Positions 23,004-34,949 of a DNA stretch of 64,000 nucleotides are shown here, in pieces. Position numbers and translations under genes: made by a program. The stretch is from Takakia lepidozioides. Taxonomy: Eukaryota > Plantae > Bryophyta. The stretch spans positions 26,474,001-26,538,000 of the forward strand of contig CM060731.1 of NCBI GenBank assembly GCA_030704615.1, in the 5' to 3' direction. The notes under the pieces were generated by a model that saw nothing but the letters and a program-made list of their open reading frames with translations, made no database searches and was not told the origin of the DNA. Positions within the stretch are counted from its first letter, which is position 1, and every line of letters starts with the position of its first letter.

Positions 23004-26000
23004 GCCTCTCATTTTAAGATAATAGCGTCTTCAATGGGCACGTGCGAGGTGGCCAGTGGGCCCCGCGCACGGACACCCAGCTCCGCCCGCCCCGCCCACT
23101 GCTGCGTGAGGTCGCCCAGCCGCGCCCGCGGCTGTAGCAACCGCGGCCCATCAGCAGTGCCCGCGCCCGCCCCGCCCGCGCCCCCGTCCGCCGCGGCCAG
23201 TCCGCCCGCCAGTCCCCCGTCCGTGAGTCCGCTACCCTCCAGTCTGCCAGTCCGCTGGCTCGCTGTTGGTTAGTCCCCTGCCATCCAGTCCGCTGACGGC
23301 GCATGATCTCCACCGTCCGTTCCCATAACCCATCCGAGCCCTCCATTTTTAGGGCTGGGAAAATGGCAATGATCTTGCCACCAAATCCCGGCCTCTCTCT
23401 TTTGACGATTCTCTGTTTTGCCGATGTTGCGGTAGGCGTTTCCATGCACGCGATTGTTCCTCTTTTGCGTGCGATGTTCATGATGATGATGAAGCGTGTG
23501 CTTGAACATGAGAGGACTGTCTCGGCACTACAGCCACCATGCATATGCGTCCACTATTTTTGCCTCCTTGTTGTGCTTTCGGGAACCTTCGTTTTATGAT
23601 GTGGTTCTATGTCATAAATATGGAAAATGCGGACATCTGTCCTCAATAACGTCCTCTGCTTGTGATCCGTCATGATACGTTTAACCCCTTCGTACTACAT
23701 CCCTCATGAGAGCCTTCACAAGTTTAGTTCATTAAAGGAACCCATCATGGGTAACATGGGCGCGAAAATGGCGGAAGTGTATGCACATGGGGGCGTGTAT
23801 TGCAGATTTCGTATCGGACGATGGGACTGTTTATGTGACCAAAAATAGCGGCTTGCATCCGTTATGCATAAGTTGTGGAAAAGGGTGGAGAATCTGAAGA
23901 AACCCAGCTTTGTGATGGATCCACATGTATTATATAAGGGATGGCAGCACAAAAAAACAATACGAGTCGTTACGGAACACCATCCAGTCCTAAGGTCCTC
24001 AAACATCCACACGCACCTGCTAAATGCCGATGTCTGAGCCACAACCATCTCTAAGCGGGAGCAGGTGCATAATCGGTACATTATCGCATTTGCCAGGAGA
24101 CGGACCAGGCTGAGACAATTGCATCCGCAAATGCGCATGGATGTTTGAGGTCCGTTGTGCCACGAGTCTATTCGCAGTGGGTCCGCTGGCCCGTCAGTGC
24201 TCCGGATATTCACCTTATTGCGTGCACGTCAGTAAGTTTGGAGGCGATCTGCTGGAAGTCCGTTTGTTGGGATATCAGTCTATCGCACTTGTGAATTTGT
24301 CAGTCTGTTGTGTCGGAAGTCTGTTGCAGTAAGTCTGTTCGACTTTTTATTTTCCTCCGCAGTCTCCTCTCCGGTCAGTCTGGCGAAACGTTCGTCTGCT
24401 GGATAGTTGTCCTCTATGGATATCAGTCTGTTGGACTGTGCATGCATCAGTCTGTTGTGATGCAAGTCTGTTTGCAATGGGTGTGTTTGACTTTCCTGTT
24501 CTCCCCTTACTCTCTTTTGTCTTCATTCCGCCCGCTTCTTTACAAACCAGTCTGCTGAACCGGAGGTGTGCTCGACAATCGTTCCCCGATGGATATCAGT
24601 TTGTTCGTCTGGTACTTTGTCAGTCTGTTTTGCTGCCATTCTCTTCGCAGTGTGTCAACTGGCAGGGAAGTGCCTCCAATATGAAGCCGCTTCGCCTCAA
24701 TCAGTTTTTTGTCAGTCTATTGAACTTACAGTCTACTGGAAGTCTGTCTGTTGTGAAATCAGTCTGTGGGACTCATTTTCTCTGTCTATTGTGCCGGAAG
24801 TCTGTTGGAATTTTCCCCTCAGTCCCATGAGTGGAATGTCCTTCCAGTATCCTGCCTTCTTCTCCTGTCGGTTTGTTGAAGCGAGTTTTTTTTCATGAAT
24901 AACAGTCTGTTGGACTGTGACTGTATCGGTCTATTGTGTTGCTAGTCTATTTGACTTTCCTGTTCTCCTCTTGGTCTCTTTTGTCGTCAGCCCACCCGCT
25001 GAACTGTCCGTCTGCTCCACAATTGTGCTGTATGGATCATGTCAGTCTGTCTGCCCGTCAATTTGTCACTCAGTCCTGCCACGAGTCTGCTCGCAGTGGG
25101 TCTGCTGACCCACCACTGCATTCCATATGTTGCTTATCTACCAGTCTGCTGGGATTCTGTCTCTCGCGATGTGTCTGTTGGGAGCTACTTTATCAGTCCT
25201 CCATTTAGTCAGTCCTTTCGGTGTGGGTGTGGTGGACCGTCCTTCTGAACACGTGGTAGTCTTTTGGACCGAGTAAATGTAGGAATGCGGCAACCAGGCG
25301 CGAGTGATCTCACGCCACATCGGCAGTCCGTCAGTCTGTCAGTCCGCTCTTCGCCTCCAATGCTTTTGTCGTTACACAGTTGGTCCGGTGGACTGGCGGT
25401 CCGGTGGACTCTCGACCCGATGGAAAATGAGTCTGCTGCATGTGTGAGGACCGTGGAATATGTATTTAGAACGATGCGTTCGTTCGGTGGACGTATTCAA
25501 TGCGATGACGGTGGATATCGCGGCCCTTTGCCTTGAGGGCAGGGGGGTCGGGACACATGAGGGGCTGCCCCTGTGGTGGGGGCAGCGGCAGCGATAGGTA
25601 TGGGGGGGCTGAAGCACCCTTGAGTGCCCAAGGCATTCAAGGAGGCGGAGGCGCTCACTAGGTGGAGCCCCGCACACCGGGTTGCGGTGGGGGTGGCTCC
25701 ACAAGGGGTGGTGGTAGCTTAGCGGGACTTAGTGGGGGTGGCATAGGACTCACCATGGGGGCGGAGACCTCGTGGTGATAGTCGTGGGGAGTCTTGGGAC
25801 TCATCACGGTCCATAGGGGCCGTGGTGAGTGGGCCAAGACTCACCGCGACTCATCACCGGAGTCGAGGGTTTTCGTGGTGGTTCACCATAAAATAGCATG
25901 GCTGGTTGTGAAACCCCCGCGGACAGCTACAGAAGTATTTATAGGGAGTAGTAACCCCGAGAACGGTGCAAGCCCGTTGGTGACCAAAAACTAGTGAGTA

Positions 26001-28170
26001 AGCGAGCGAGCCGGAAAGAGACCAAAGAGTGGGGAGCTGTTCCGGACTGCCAACTACCAAAGGGAATTCCCGCTGGTTCCAAATCGGTGGAGGGTTCTTT
26101 GGGAGTTCAAAGGGGGACCGTTATGCCCCGGTGAGCAGCCGAAGCTCCAAGTTGGTCCGGCGGCCAGGTTGGGAGTTAGGCGCGCGCATCAAGCTAGCAA
26201 CTATGACCTGAAATGGAGCTTACCGAAGTGAGGTGCGCGACATGGCGCTTGTGAAATTGCGCCACGTCGGCAGTGCCATGCCCACTTTCCCGCTTCAATT
26301 TCTACTTTCTTTTTATGTTCCCTGTGGACTCTATTCTCTTCGCGCCTGTTTCTTCGCACTGTTTTGTTTTCCTCTTTGCGTTTCCATCACCGTAACAAAA
26401 GACGGTCGTTCTTCCCCAGGTGTGGAGAGTCGCAGTGAGCCGCGAAGCGTCGCAAACACGGTCGCCTCCGTAACAATTCGAAGTTTATCGGCTCGGTGAG
26501 TTTTTGACTTGCTACGGTGTTTCCATTCCATTCTGTGTTATCTTCTTGCTTAGGGTGAGTCTAACATTTTCGTAGGACCTATGTCTGTCGGTCATTGTCC
26601 TTGCACCCTCGTTTGATTCTACAGCGTTGGAGGATGCTTGTGAAAAGGGTAGAGCGGACTGGGTGGATTTTGTGTACCAAACCAGACTGAAGAAGGAGCG
26701 AAGGTACTGGTACTCACCAGAGGAGTTTGATCATAAATAGTGGAAGCATTTGTAGACCTCCACGCCCGGAAGCCCAAAAACTCGAATTGGCAGAAGGACA
26801 AGCTCTTCTATCCCTTCTGTGAAGAGGTTATCAAGGACAAAATCCAACTAAATCGACATTGTGTTGACATGGGTTGCAAGGAGAGTATTGCAATGATTCC
26901 ACTGGATTTCAAGCCTTGGTCGATACTGACAGAAATGTCGATTGTCAAAGATGCCACAATGCGCATGCGCAGATCTCCATGTTGTTGTAGTACGTGATGA
27001 CACAGATGTTAGGGATGAGATAGCATTGCTGGACCTTGAAACAGCATTGACAACCACGCTTGTAAGACTCTCCATACTTCGACTTCTTTCTCCTTGGGCC
27101 TTTATGAGGGCAAGATGTTCCAGCACCCGCAAGAGGTTCTCCACGTTTCAGTTTTGGATCCTCCACTATTGCCTTGTTGGTGCATTTATCATCAGGACCG
27201 TAGCAGCATTGATACTTGGACATAAAAATCAAAAATCGATATCCATCAACTTGTGGAAGCATAAAATCAGAGCACTCATGAAACAAAAAACTGCAACAGA
27301 CATGCAATGAAACATCAGACATTATACTGGACAGAAATGTATTGCAAGCTCTGGGCGCTTTTCGCGTGTCGGGTTCCACTTGAGAATGGACATTCACCCA
27401 AAACTGAGTGGGGTAGTCCTCCAAACTCTCCTCTCCCAGGACAAAGTCACCAACTCTATCCCAAGGTATGCAGGCATTTTGAACATTCACTCGCACACCC
27501 ATAAGCCCATATTGCGTCTCACTCTTCCAATGGAGATCCTTCATGTTGAAGGGTCCTGGTTTTGGTGTTTGCAAACATTGTCGAAGAGGCCATATAAGAG
27601 GGCTTTCCGTGATCCGTATATCATCGGGTTTTGCGTCCACGTCCATGCCCTGTACAGTACAAATGATACGCTTCAGAACCTGCAACGCCGCAGTACCTAG
27701 GACACGATTGACAATGTGTCAGGAGAACAGTGCGCACATTCGCGACTGCTGGCAAGTGGCAGGCGGCAGGGATAAAGGTTTGAATTGCAGCCCTAAAAAT
27801 GGAGGGCTCGGATGGGTTATGGGAACGGACCGTGGAGATCATGCGCCGTCAGCGGACTGGATGGCAGCGGACTGGCGGACTGGAGGGCAACGGACTGGCA
27901 GACTGGAGGGCAGTGGACTCATGGGCGGGGGCAGGCAGGCAGGCGGACTGGCCACGGCGGACGGAGGCGCAGACGGGGCGGGGCGGGGCGGGGCGGGCGC
28001 AGGCGCAGGCGCTGCTAGTGGGCCGCGGTTGCTGTAGCTGCGGACACGGCTAGGCGACCGTACGTAGCGGCGGGCAGGGCGGGGCGGGGGTAGCCAGGCG
28101 TCCATGCGTGGGGCCCACTGGCCACCTCGCACGTGCCCATTGAAGACGCTATTATCTTAAAATGAGAGCC
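23004..28170. mobile_element. Mutator-like element (MULE), 5167 bp, long GC-rich TIRs
   Basis: TIRs 23004-23357 and 27788-28170 (g(c/g)ctctcattttaagataatagcgtcttcaatgggcacgtgcgagg...). Perfect 9-bp TSD cgaaatatg (22995-23003, 28171-28179). Removing the element restores an array unit. Confidence 0.92.
26850..27690 (-). pseudogene. Truncated MULE/SWIM-family transposase N-terminus
   Basis: ACIPWDRVGDFVLGEE...PTQF...YQCCYGPDD...SYKRGCQCCFKV...ITYYN, then frameshifted HAHCG...RPRL. Resembles the N-terminal zinc-binding region of the Arabidopsis At1g60560/At4g13970 SWIM family (recognised from memory). No DDE core seen. Confidence 0.7.
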
Positions 28171-28559
28171 CGAAATATGAGAGCCACTTCCATGTTTTGT
28201 AAATAATAATAATAATAATATATGTTTCTTCTTAAATAAACTGTTGTCTGGTATGCGCTGGCGCATACGAAATATGAGGGCCACTGTCCCCTGTTTTGTA
28301 TTTTAAAGAAAAGAAAAATTAAAAACAAATTAAAAACAAATACAAAAATAATGTATTTTAAAAACAAAACAGTGTTGTCTGGTATGCGCCGGCGCATATG
28401 AGGGCCATTGTCCCCTGTTTTGTAAAACAAAAATTAAAAACAAATTAAAGAAATAAAAATTAAAAAACTAAAAAATAAATTACAAAAACACTGTTGTCTG
28501 ATATGCGCCGGCGCATATGAGGGCCACTGTCCCCTGTTTTGTAAGAAAAACAAAATTAA

Positions 28560-29383
28560 CCCTGAAGTTCCCAAGCTTGTTTTTGACATTTTACCAATTT
28601 TGGGTACCCAGCTGCAGTAAATTGCCCCTAGAAACCTACCAAAAATCATCCAGACATTCCAGCCTTATAGCAATGGGCCCAGCTCATTTATGCATGACAT
28701 ACCAAAAAATGAGCCAAGTCCACCATGGAAATTGTGAGATTATAGCGTTGGCCCGGACCTCAAATATCAGGTCCCAAAAAAATAGTGAGAAAGAAATCGG
28801 TTTGACCAAATCAAAACCCAGCTTTATCCAATTTTGCTTGCCCCAAGACCCACCATTTCCCAATCAAATAGTGGTGTGGCTATGACCCCACTAAATTGCA
28901 GGTCCAACTGATTTTTTCACCTATGGTTGCTATGCATGCAATTACATGGGAGTTGAAATCTCAAAATTGACAAGAGAAAATGTGCCTCCAAATGAAGTAC
29001 TTTTTTTCCTACAATTTTTTTAAAAGCCAATGGTGGATGTGTGTATATAATGCTCACACACCACAAGATGAAGTGCTTTTTCCAAAATTGCTAATTTTCT
29101 GCCAAAAATGGCCTTTGGAGTGCAATCTGTTTTGGGCTTGTTTACTACCACGTCAGCGGTCAACAAGCTCTTTTCAGGCCCCAAAACGTAAATGAGAGAT
29201 CTAAGATATTTTTTGTAGGTCGTAGCTTTTGTTTTTTCTTAGTTTTGTTTTTGGCATCATACTCGAGACAAATCCCTTGTCATTAAAGCTTCAGGAGTGG
29301 GCCCCATCAGATTAGATCTGCAAAAACTAGGTCGACCTGCAAATTCAAAGTGACCCGATTCAGGTCGCTTGGGAACTTAAGGG
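28560..29383. mobile_element. piggyBac-like MITE, 824 bp
   Basis: TTAA (28556-28559) | CCCTGAAGTTCCCAAGC ... GCTTGGGAACTTAAGGG | TTAA (29384-29387): 17-bp TIR with 1 mismatch, CCC/GGG termini and TTAA TSD. Confidence 0.88.
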
Positions 29384-29710
29384 TTAAGAAAATAAAAAAC
29401 AAATATTACAAAAATAATTCTTAAAAACAAAACACTATTGTCTGGTATGCGCCAGCGCATACGAAATATGAGGGCAACTGCCCCTGTTTCGTAAAACATT
29501 TAAAATTAAAAAACAATTTTTTAATAAAACACCGTTGTCTGGTATGAGCCGGTGCATACGAAATATGAGGGGCACTGTCCTTTTTTTTTCGAAAATAAAA
29601 TAAAATATTTAAAACATGTTTTAAAGAAAAACATTGTCGTCTGGTATGCGCCGACGCATATGTTTAAGGGGGGGGGGGGGGTGGGGGCGGGGAGGGGGGG
29701 GGGGGGGGGG

Positions 29711-30420
29711 GTAGCGATGCCTCAGCGACCTCCAAATGCCGCGCCTAGCGACGGAAATACACTACAACGTCCGGGGCGCGCTGGGGACAAATTGTGACGT
29801 CGGGAAGTCGCCGCCACGTCGGTCCGACGTCGCTCCCCGAACGTCGCAGATTAGCGACCTAAGGGAATCGCTACTCCCCCGGGTCCACCTAGCCACGACC
29901 AGCGACGGCGGAAAGACGCCGCCCCTCCGAGGCGTCGCAATATGGCGACTCCCGGGAGTCGCAACAAAGGGCAGGGAGGGGGGTCCATCCCTCCTCCTGC
30001 GTCATGGGGCAGTCGCAAGGACGTTGCTCATTCCCAGAATAGCCACGCGCTGGCGTTGCCGACATGTCGCAGCCTGGGACATGACAGCCCCCGCTCTGCG
30101 ATGCCTGGACATCGCAGATGGGGTCTATTCTGCCTAGGCGACTGGCGACGCCCGGGAATTGCCATGATGTCGCCGCCATCTGGGGGCGTCGCTAGACCCC
30201 ATGGGTAGGGAGGTTCTCTAGCGACGCCCGGGAATCGCCCGGACGTCGCAACCCCCGGGGGCCGTCGCCAGCTCCATGGGAGGGCACGTTCCTGTGCGAC
30301 TCCCTGGAGTCGCAATAACGTAGCAGCCCCGGCGCGGCGTCGCTAGCTCCACGTTGGCGTGGTTCTGTTGCGACGGCTGGGAATCGCAAGAGCGTCCTTG
30401 GTCGCCACCGGCCGTCGCTG
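29711..30420. repeat. Dense GCGAC/GTCGC motif cluster in both orientations (CACTA-type subterminal repeat region)
   Basis: More than 20 tagcgac/gtcgc(a/t)a/ggcgac motifs in 700 bp, bracketed by G-runs and adjacent to a TnpA-like remnant. Confidence 0.6.
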
Positions 30421-31019
30421 GGTAGGATGGTAGCCAGCTGGTATTTGGAGTGGGGTTTTGGGATTTTTTTTTTTTTGGGGGGGGGGAGGGGAGGGGGGTC
30501 TTGGGGGTTGGGGTGTGCCTCGTGCTTGCATGAATTGCATGCATTCTAATCTATAGGTTAGATTAGAATCCACATGTCCATTTAAGGTTAGAATGAGGAT
30601 CGAAATGGCAACTGAAAAATATATACATAAAGTTTACTACCTTTACATGTCTCTAACTGGGAACCATCCCTCACTCCTCATCACCTGAGGCATAGGTGTA
30701 TTCGTCCGAGGAATGCAAGCTATGTTGGGCCTCCAATTTGGAGGATGATGAGGCTGAGTCCGAGATTACATCATCCTTCGAACCACCCCCTACTACTGGC
30801 TCTCCCCCATCCGGCCGAGCCACTTAACTACCCATCCCCACCCCTACAGATGCACTATCCTCCGTCAATTGTGGCGTCTTGGCCATTGAGGCTACAAGGG
30901 CCTTCCACCCCTGAGTCTTGCAAAAGTTGTGCTCGATGGCGGAGGGAGGCCTCTGAAACTTCTTGTTCTACACATGACATGCAAATGCAATGACAAGTCA
31001 GAATTCATAATGGAGGGGA

Positions 31020-31820
31020 GAAGTTAAAAAAGAAGAATGGGTATGACAAGAGAAATAACACTTATAAACGAATCGGGTGACAAAACTCTTGCTTCCGTTG
31101 GGCCCCACTTGTGTGTTGATTCCGCACACTTCTCGAGGCGGGCTGCAGTTGCCGCACGTCCCCTTGCGAAGATCTCCGCCTTCAGCTCTTCCCTCTCCCC
31201 TGCGATGAGAGCCTGCCAAGATTCTTGTCCAGCCCCAACAAAGACACTATAAATGTTAATGATCTCCATACCGCAATGAACATGCATTCAAAGACACCAA
31301 TGACAAGTGAAGTGCGTCTTACCTTGGTTATTCCATGTGGCATGGTCGTTGGTTCGACCCCCGCCTTGAGTGCCTTGCGAATGGTTTGTCGCGCACGGTA
31401 CCTCTTGTCCTTGAGGTTCTTTCCCACCAGCTCCAAGAGCTTCCCCTCATTAATCCACTCACCCGGAAATGTGCCCTCAAGTGCTTGCACGAATGCTCGC
31501 CTATGGCGATGTGATTGGCGTGGCCAATCAATATGCCAAGGGAACCACCTCGCCGCCAAGTCGAAGGCTACTTTTTTCATGGCCTCCCAATACTCACCAA
31601 TGGGGTCACCGACCTTATTGGTCTCTAAGGGGGGCACCTTCATCTTTGGCAAATCAAAGTTGCGGGGACCCGAGGTCTTTACCTTGTCCACGCTCTTCTA
31701 AACTACCTCTCCCTTGTCTTTTGTTGCCCCGCTAATGCCCTCCACCAGCTGCACGCTCATCTGAACTAGCTCCCCCTTGTCTTTTGTTCCCCCACTAGTG
31801 CCATCCCCCGGCTGCACCTC
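31020..31820 (-). mobile_element. CACTA (En/Spm) TnpA/Ptta-like coding remnant
   Basis: GDPIGEYW...IDWPRQ...ELVGKNLKDKRYRAR...PHGITK, donor gtaag, then ESWQALI...THKWGPT; architecture typical of Transposase_24 proteins. Confidence 0.55.
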
Positions 31821-32690
31821 AGTGTTCGACAGTATGGCTGAACGAGATGTGGTGTCGTGGAGTGCGATGATTGCAGGATATGCACAGCAAGGGCGCGGAT
31901 GAAGGCTTTGGAGACCTATGAGCAATGATGCGGGAAGGGGTGATTCCATGTGGAAAAATAGCTCCAAGAAACCTGCATGGGTAGATGGTCAACTGGAAGC
32001 CGCAGCAGTAGTGGCACAATTGATAAAATCAGGCAATGCTAATCAAGACACTTTCTTCAGCACATTTCACTCTGTTTTCCCCTCTTATTAGAATCGTCCT
32101 AAATTTTCATGTTTCAAGAATTCTGCAAGTTAGCTGGTTGAGTGAACCTTTGATAGTTTGGAGCGACTTTGACATGATACTGCCAAAGTGACAATAGGAA
32201 AGTATCCAGAAATAGGTAACAGAGAGAAGAAGCTGTGGAATGAATACTTTTCTGACCCCAGTCAATGGTGGGACAACCGTCTTGGAAGGTAAATGCCTTT
32301 GGATTACAGAGTGGTAGATGCAATTGAGAATAGGACTTGGTGTGATAAGTTGAGTTGGGTGTTTGCTGGAACAAATTTAGGCTGCCATTGTCAGCTGCAA
32401 ACAACAATGCAAGGATGTATGCATGATCTCTGCAGAGGCATGGATAGCTGAAGGAGCAGGGATAGAGTGTCATCCAAGAGGGCCGGATTTCAAGCTCCAG
32501 ATTACTTATGATTCCATGTGGAAGGATAGCTACAAGAAACCTGCATGAGTAGATGGTACATAGTTTGGAGTGATTTCGACATGATACTGCCAAAGTGACA
32601 ATAGGATTAAAGTATCCAGAAACATGTAACAGAGTTGAGGAGAAGCTGTGGAATGAATGCTTTTCTGACCCCAGTCAAGGGTGGGACAAC
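31821..32690 (+). pseudogene. Chimeric PPR + PDF-motif gene fragments
   Basis: VFDSMAERDVVSWSAMIAGYAQQGRG (PLS PPR, 31821-31900); DSMWKNSSKKPAWVDGQLE; EKKLWNEYFSDPSQWWDNRLG (32224-32286) followed by a gtaaat donor; HPRGPDFKLQITYDSMWKDSYKKPA*VDG (32471-32557); a further N-half at 32638-32690. Confidence 0.75.
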
Positions 32691-33049
32691 TGAGGGAAAA
32701 ATGTGAATGCCTATTAAATTACAGAGAGTAGGAGACGCAACTCAGCATAGACACTAAGGCAAACTCTCATTCCCTGCAAATGGTGTGTTTTGGTATTTGA
32801 GCAAATAAATATAATTTCTAAAAACATAATTTCAATATATTTGTTATTTCTCATCAAGGCCACTGTCCATTTTCCCTATAATAATAATAATCATCATCAT
32901 AATAATAACAATAAATTAAATCCATTAATATTCAAACTTAATATTAGAAATCAATTGATAATTAATTAATGCGTACCACCACACAGGAACGAACACGTGT
33001 TGCATAGTGACTTGTCGAAGGTGTGAAATATGACACGTGTCGCATAGTG

Positions 33050-33338
33050 GCTTGTTCAAGGTGTGAAATCCGCCGTGAAACATGCCACATTGGCTTTTTT
33101 CACACTCTGCCATGTCAGCTATGTCAGCGGCCATGTCACCATGCACCCCATGAAAAAAGCCACCCGTGGAAAAAGCTACCCATGGACTTTTCCACAGGGC
33201 CACCCGAGAGCCAGGCCGTCCACGGGGTGTCCGAAAGCACTAGTCGTTTCTTACACCCACGGCAGGTGTGGACTGCGGCTGATTCCACAACAAAAAGTGT
33301 GGAAAAAGCCGTGGAAAAAGCCGGTTTCTCTTCTAGTG
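33050..33338. mobile_element. CACTA terminus with subterminal repeats
   Basis: Ends ...ggtttctcttcTAGTG (rc CACTAGAAGAGAAACC), preceded by repeated ccgtggaaaaag/ttttccac motifs; partner end not found. Confidence 0.7.
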
Positions 33339-34949
33339 GTCCCCGCTTGTGGTGCACCCCACATAACACCCTCTCGGAATAAGGGTGGAAGCCTATCCCA
33401 TGCACCCAATAGGCTCGCAGGCGGCGCCCCAAAGTCTAGGGTCTTTTTCATTGACCGTTCAGGCGACGGACTTCGCAAGGGGCCCTCCATAGCCAGTGTC
33501 ACCCTCTCCTCTTTCCCCTCCCTTTCTTATGCCCCCTTATTTCCCTCTTCCCTCTTCTTGTCTTCCTCCCTCTTCCTTTCCTCCTCCTTCCACCTCATTG
33601 CGGCCTCCTTTGGAGCCTCCCACTTCTCCCAAGGTGAGGAGGAACCCACCCCCTTCTGACCCCCCCCCTTATAAGCCCTCTTGGCTGCAGAAAAAGGGGA
33701 AAAGACATTGGCGGTGGGGCTAAGATCAAGTTGCCCATACCTGGCGGCAGATCGGAGAATGCGCTTCCCCGCGTAAAAGTCAGGGCCCTCCATCAGCCCG
33801 TGGGGTGGCGTCCCAGCCTGAACATTGGGTGCTCCACCCTCAAGTGGAGGCTCATCCCCAGCCTCAACCTTCGAGGGCGTGGAGGCCTCGACGGCCTTAC
33901 GGCTTGGTCCTCTCACAAAGCCGCCTATAGGGCTGGTGAGTTTGGACCAAGCGGACCGTGTCACACGGCCGTCAATGACGGGAGTGTTGTCAGGCTTCCC
34001 TACCTTAGCGGCAGACGAATTCTACTCCTTGGCGGCGCATTCTCCTTGTCCTTCGCCATACTACTAGCTTATCCCTGCGCCCACAACACTACTACCGTGT
34101 GATTTCACATGCCAAAAACCAACAAGGCCTGACCCTTCCCCTTCTGCTCTCTCCCTCTCCCTCTATCTTTATGTCCTCCTCCATCTCCCCCTTTCTCTCT
34201 CTGCTGATAAGCAAAAATTGAAAAGAGTGGGGGGGGGAGGCTAAAAGCACCAGCACTTGCTGCTGCTGCTGTCAACCACCCTCCATTCCAAAAAAAAAAA
34301 AGAAAAAAAGTGGGGGTGATTGAGAGCAGCAGCAGTAAGTACTTGCTGCTGCAGCTCTCAACGCCCCCCACCATTGCCAAAACCAAAAAATGAAAGGTCG
34401 GGGGGGGGGGGGGGGGAAGACCAGCAGCAGCACGCTGCTTTCAGCACCCCCCACGATTCCACAAACAAAAAACGAAAAGGTGGGGGGGAGGGGAAGTGAC
34501 TGAGCTGCTGCTGCTGCGGAGTCACCCCACCCCCCCCACCCACCCCAACCTTCTTTTTTATTTTTCTTCCCTCATCTCTCCCACTTTCTCCCTCTCTCCC
34601 TCTTTTCCCTCATCTCTCCCTCTCTGTCCCTCTGTCACTTTGTCTTCCTCTGTCCCATCAGGATGTGGAGAGAGAGGGACTGTTGAGGGGGAAAAAAAAA
34701 AAACAAAACGGTGGGGGGGTGGGGAAGTGACTAGAGCAGCTGCTCCCCCCATTTTTTTATTTATTTTTTTCCCCATCAACAATCCCTCTCTCTCCCTCTC
34801 TCCCTCGCTGCCTCTGTCCCTCTGTCCCTCTTGTCCCTCAAGGGTAATGCAACATACTGTGCTCAATAGACTCCAGAGCCCCAGACAAGCAAACAGGGCA
34901 GGAAGGGGCGGAATAAAAAACGAAGGCATAAACTGGAAGGATCCGATTC

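Larger units (their letters stand above)
22758..29662 (+). repeat. Repeat-spacer array: ~9-10 units of a ~58-bp core separated by variable A-rich spacers, split by two nested transposons into 22758-23003, 28171-28559 and 29384-29662
   Basis: Core ctgttgtctggtatgcgccggcgcatacgaaatatgagggccactgtcccctgttttgt recurs near 22805, 22928, 22968, 28241, 28372, 28491, 29435, 29532 and 29634. Confidence 0.9.

Noticed and set aside
25534-26242. Solo LTR nested in the MULE (minus strand starts TGTCGCGCACC, has a TATA-like box)
   Set aside because: No matching 5-bp TSD, PBS or PPT found, so boundaries cannot be supported.
22758-29662. True CRISPR array
   Set aside because: Eukaryotic context, no cas genes, ~58-bp repeat, and low-complexity A-rich spacers of irregular length rather than acquired unique sequences.
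29760-29775. CACTACAAC as the left end matching the CACTA end at 33338
   Set aside because: Sequence beyond CACTA does not match, the 3-bp flanks differ (ata versus gtc), and GCGAC motifs occur on both sides of it.
33340-34850. GC-rich ORFs and G/C homopolymer tracts
   Set aside because: Low-complexity sequence producing spurious ORFs; no domain or element boundaries identified.
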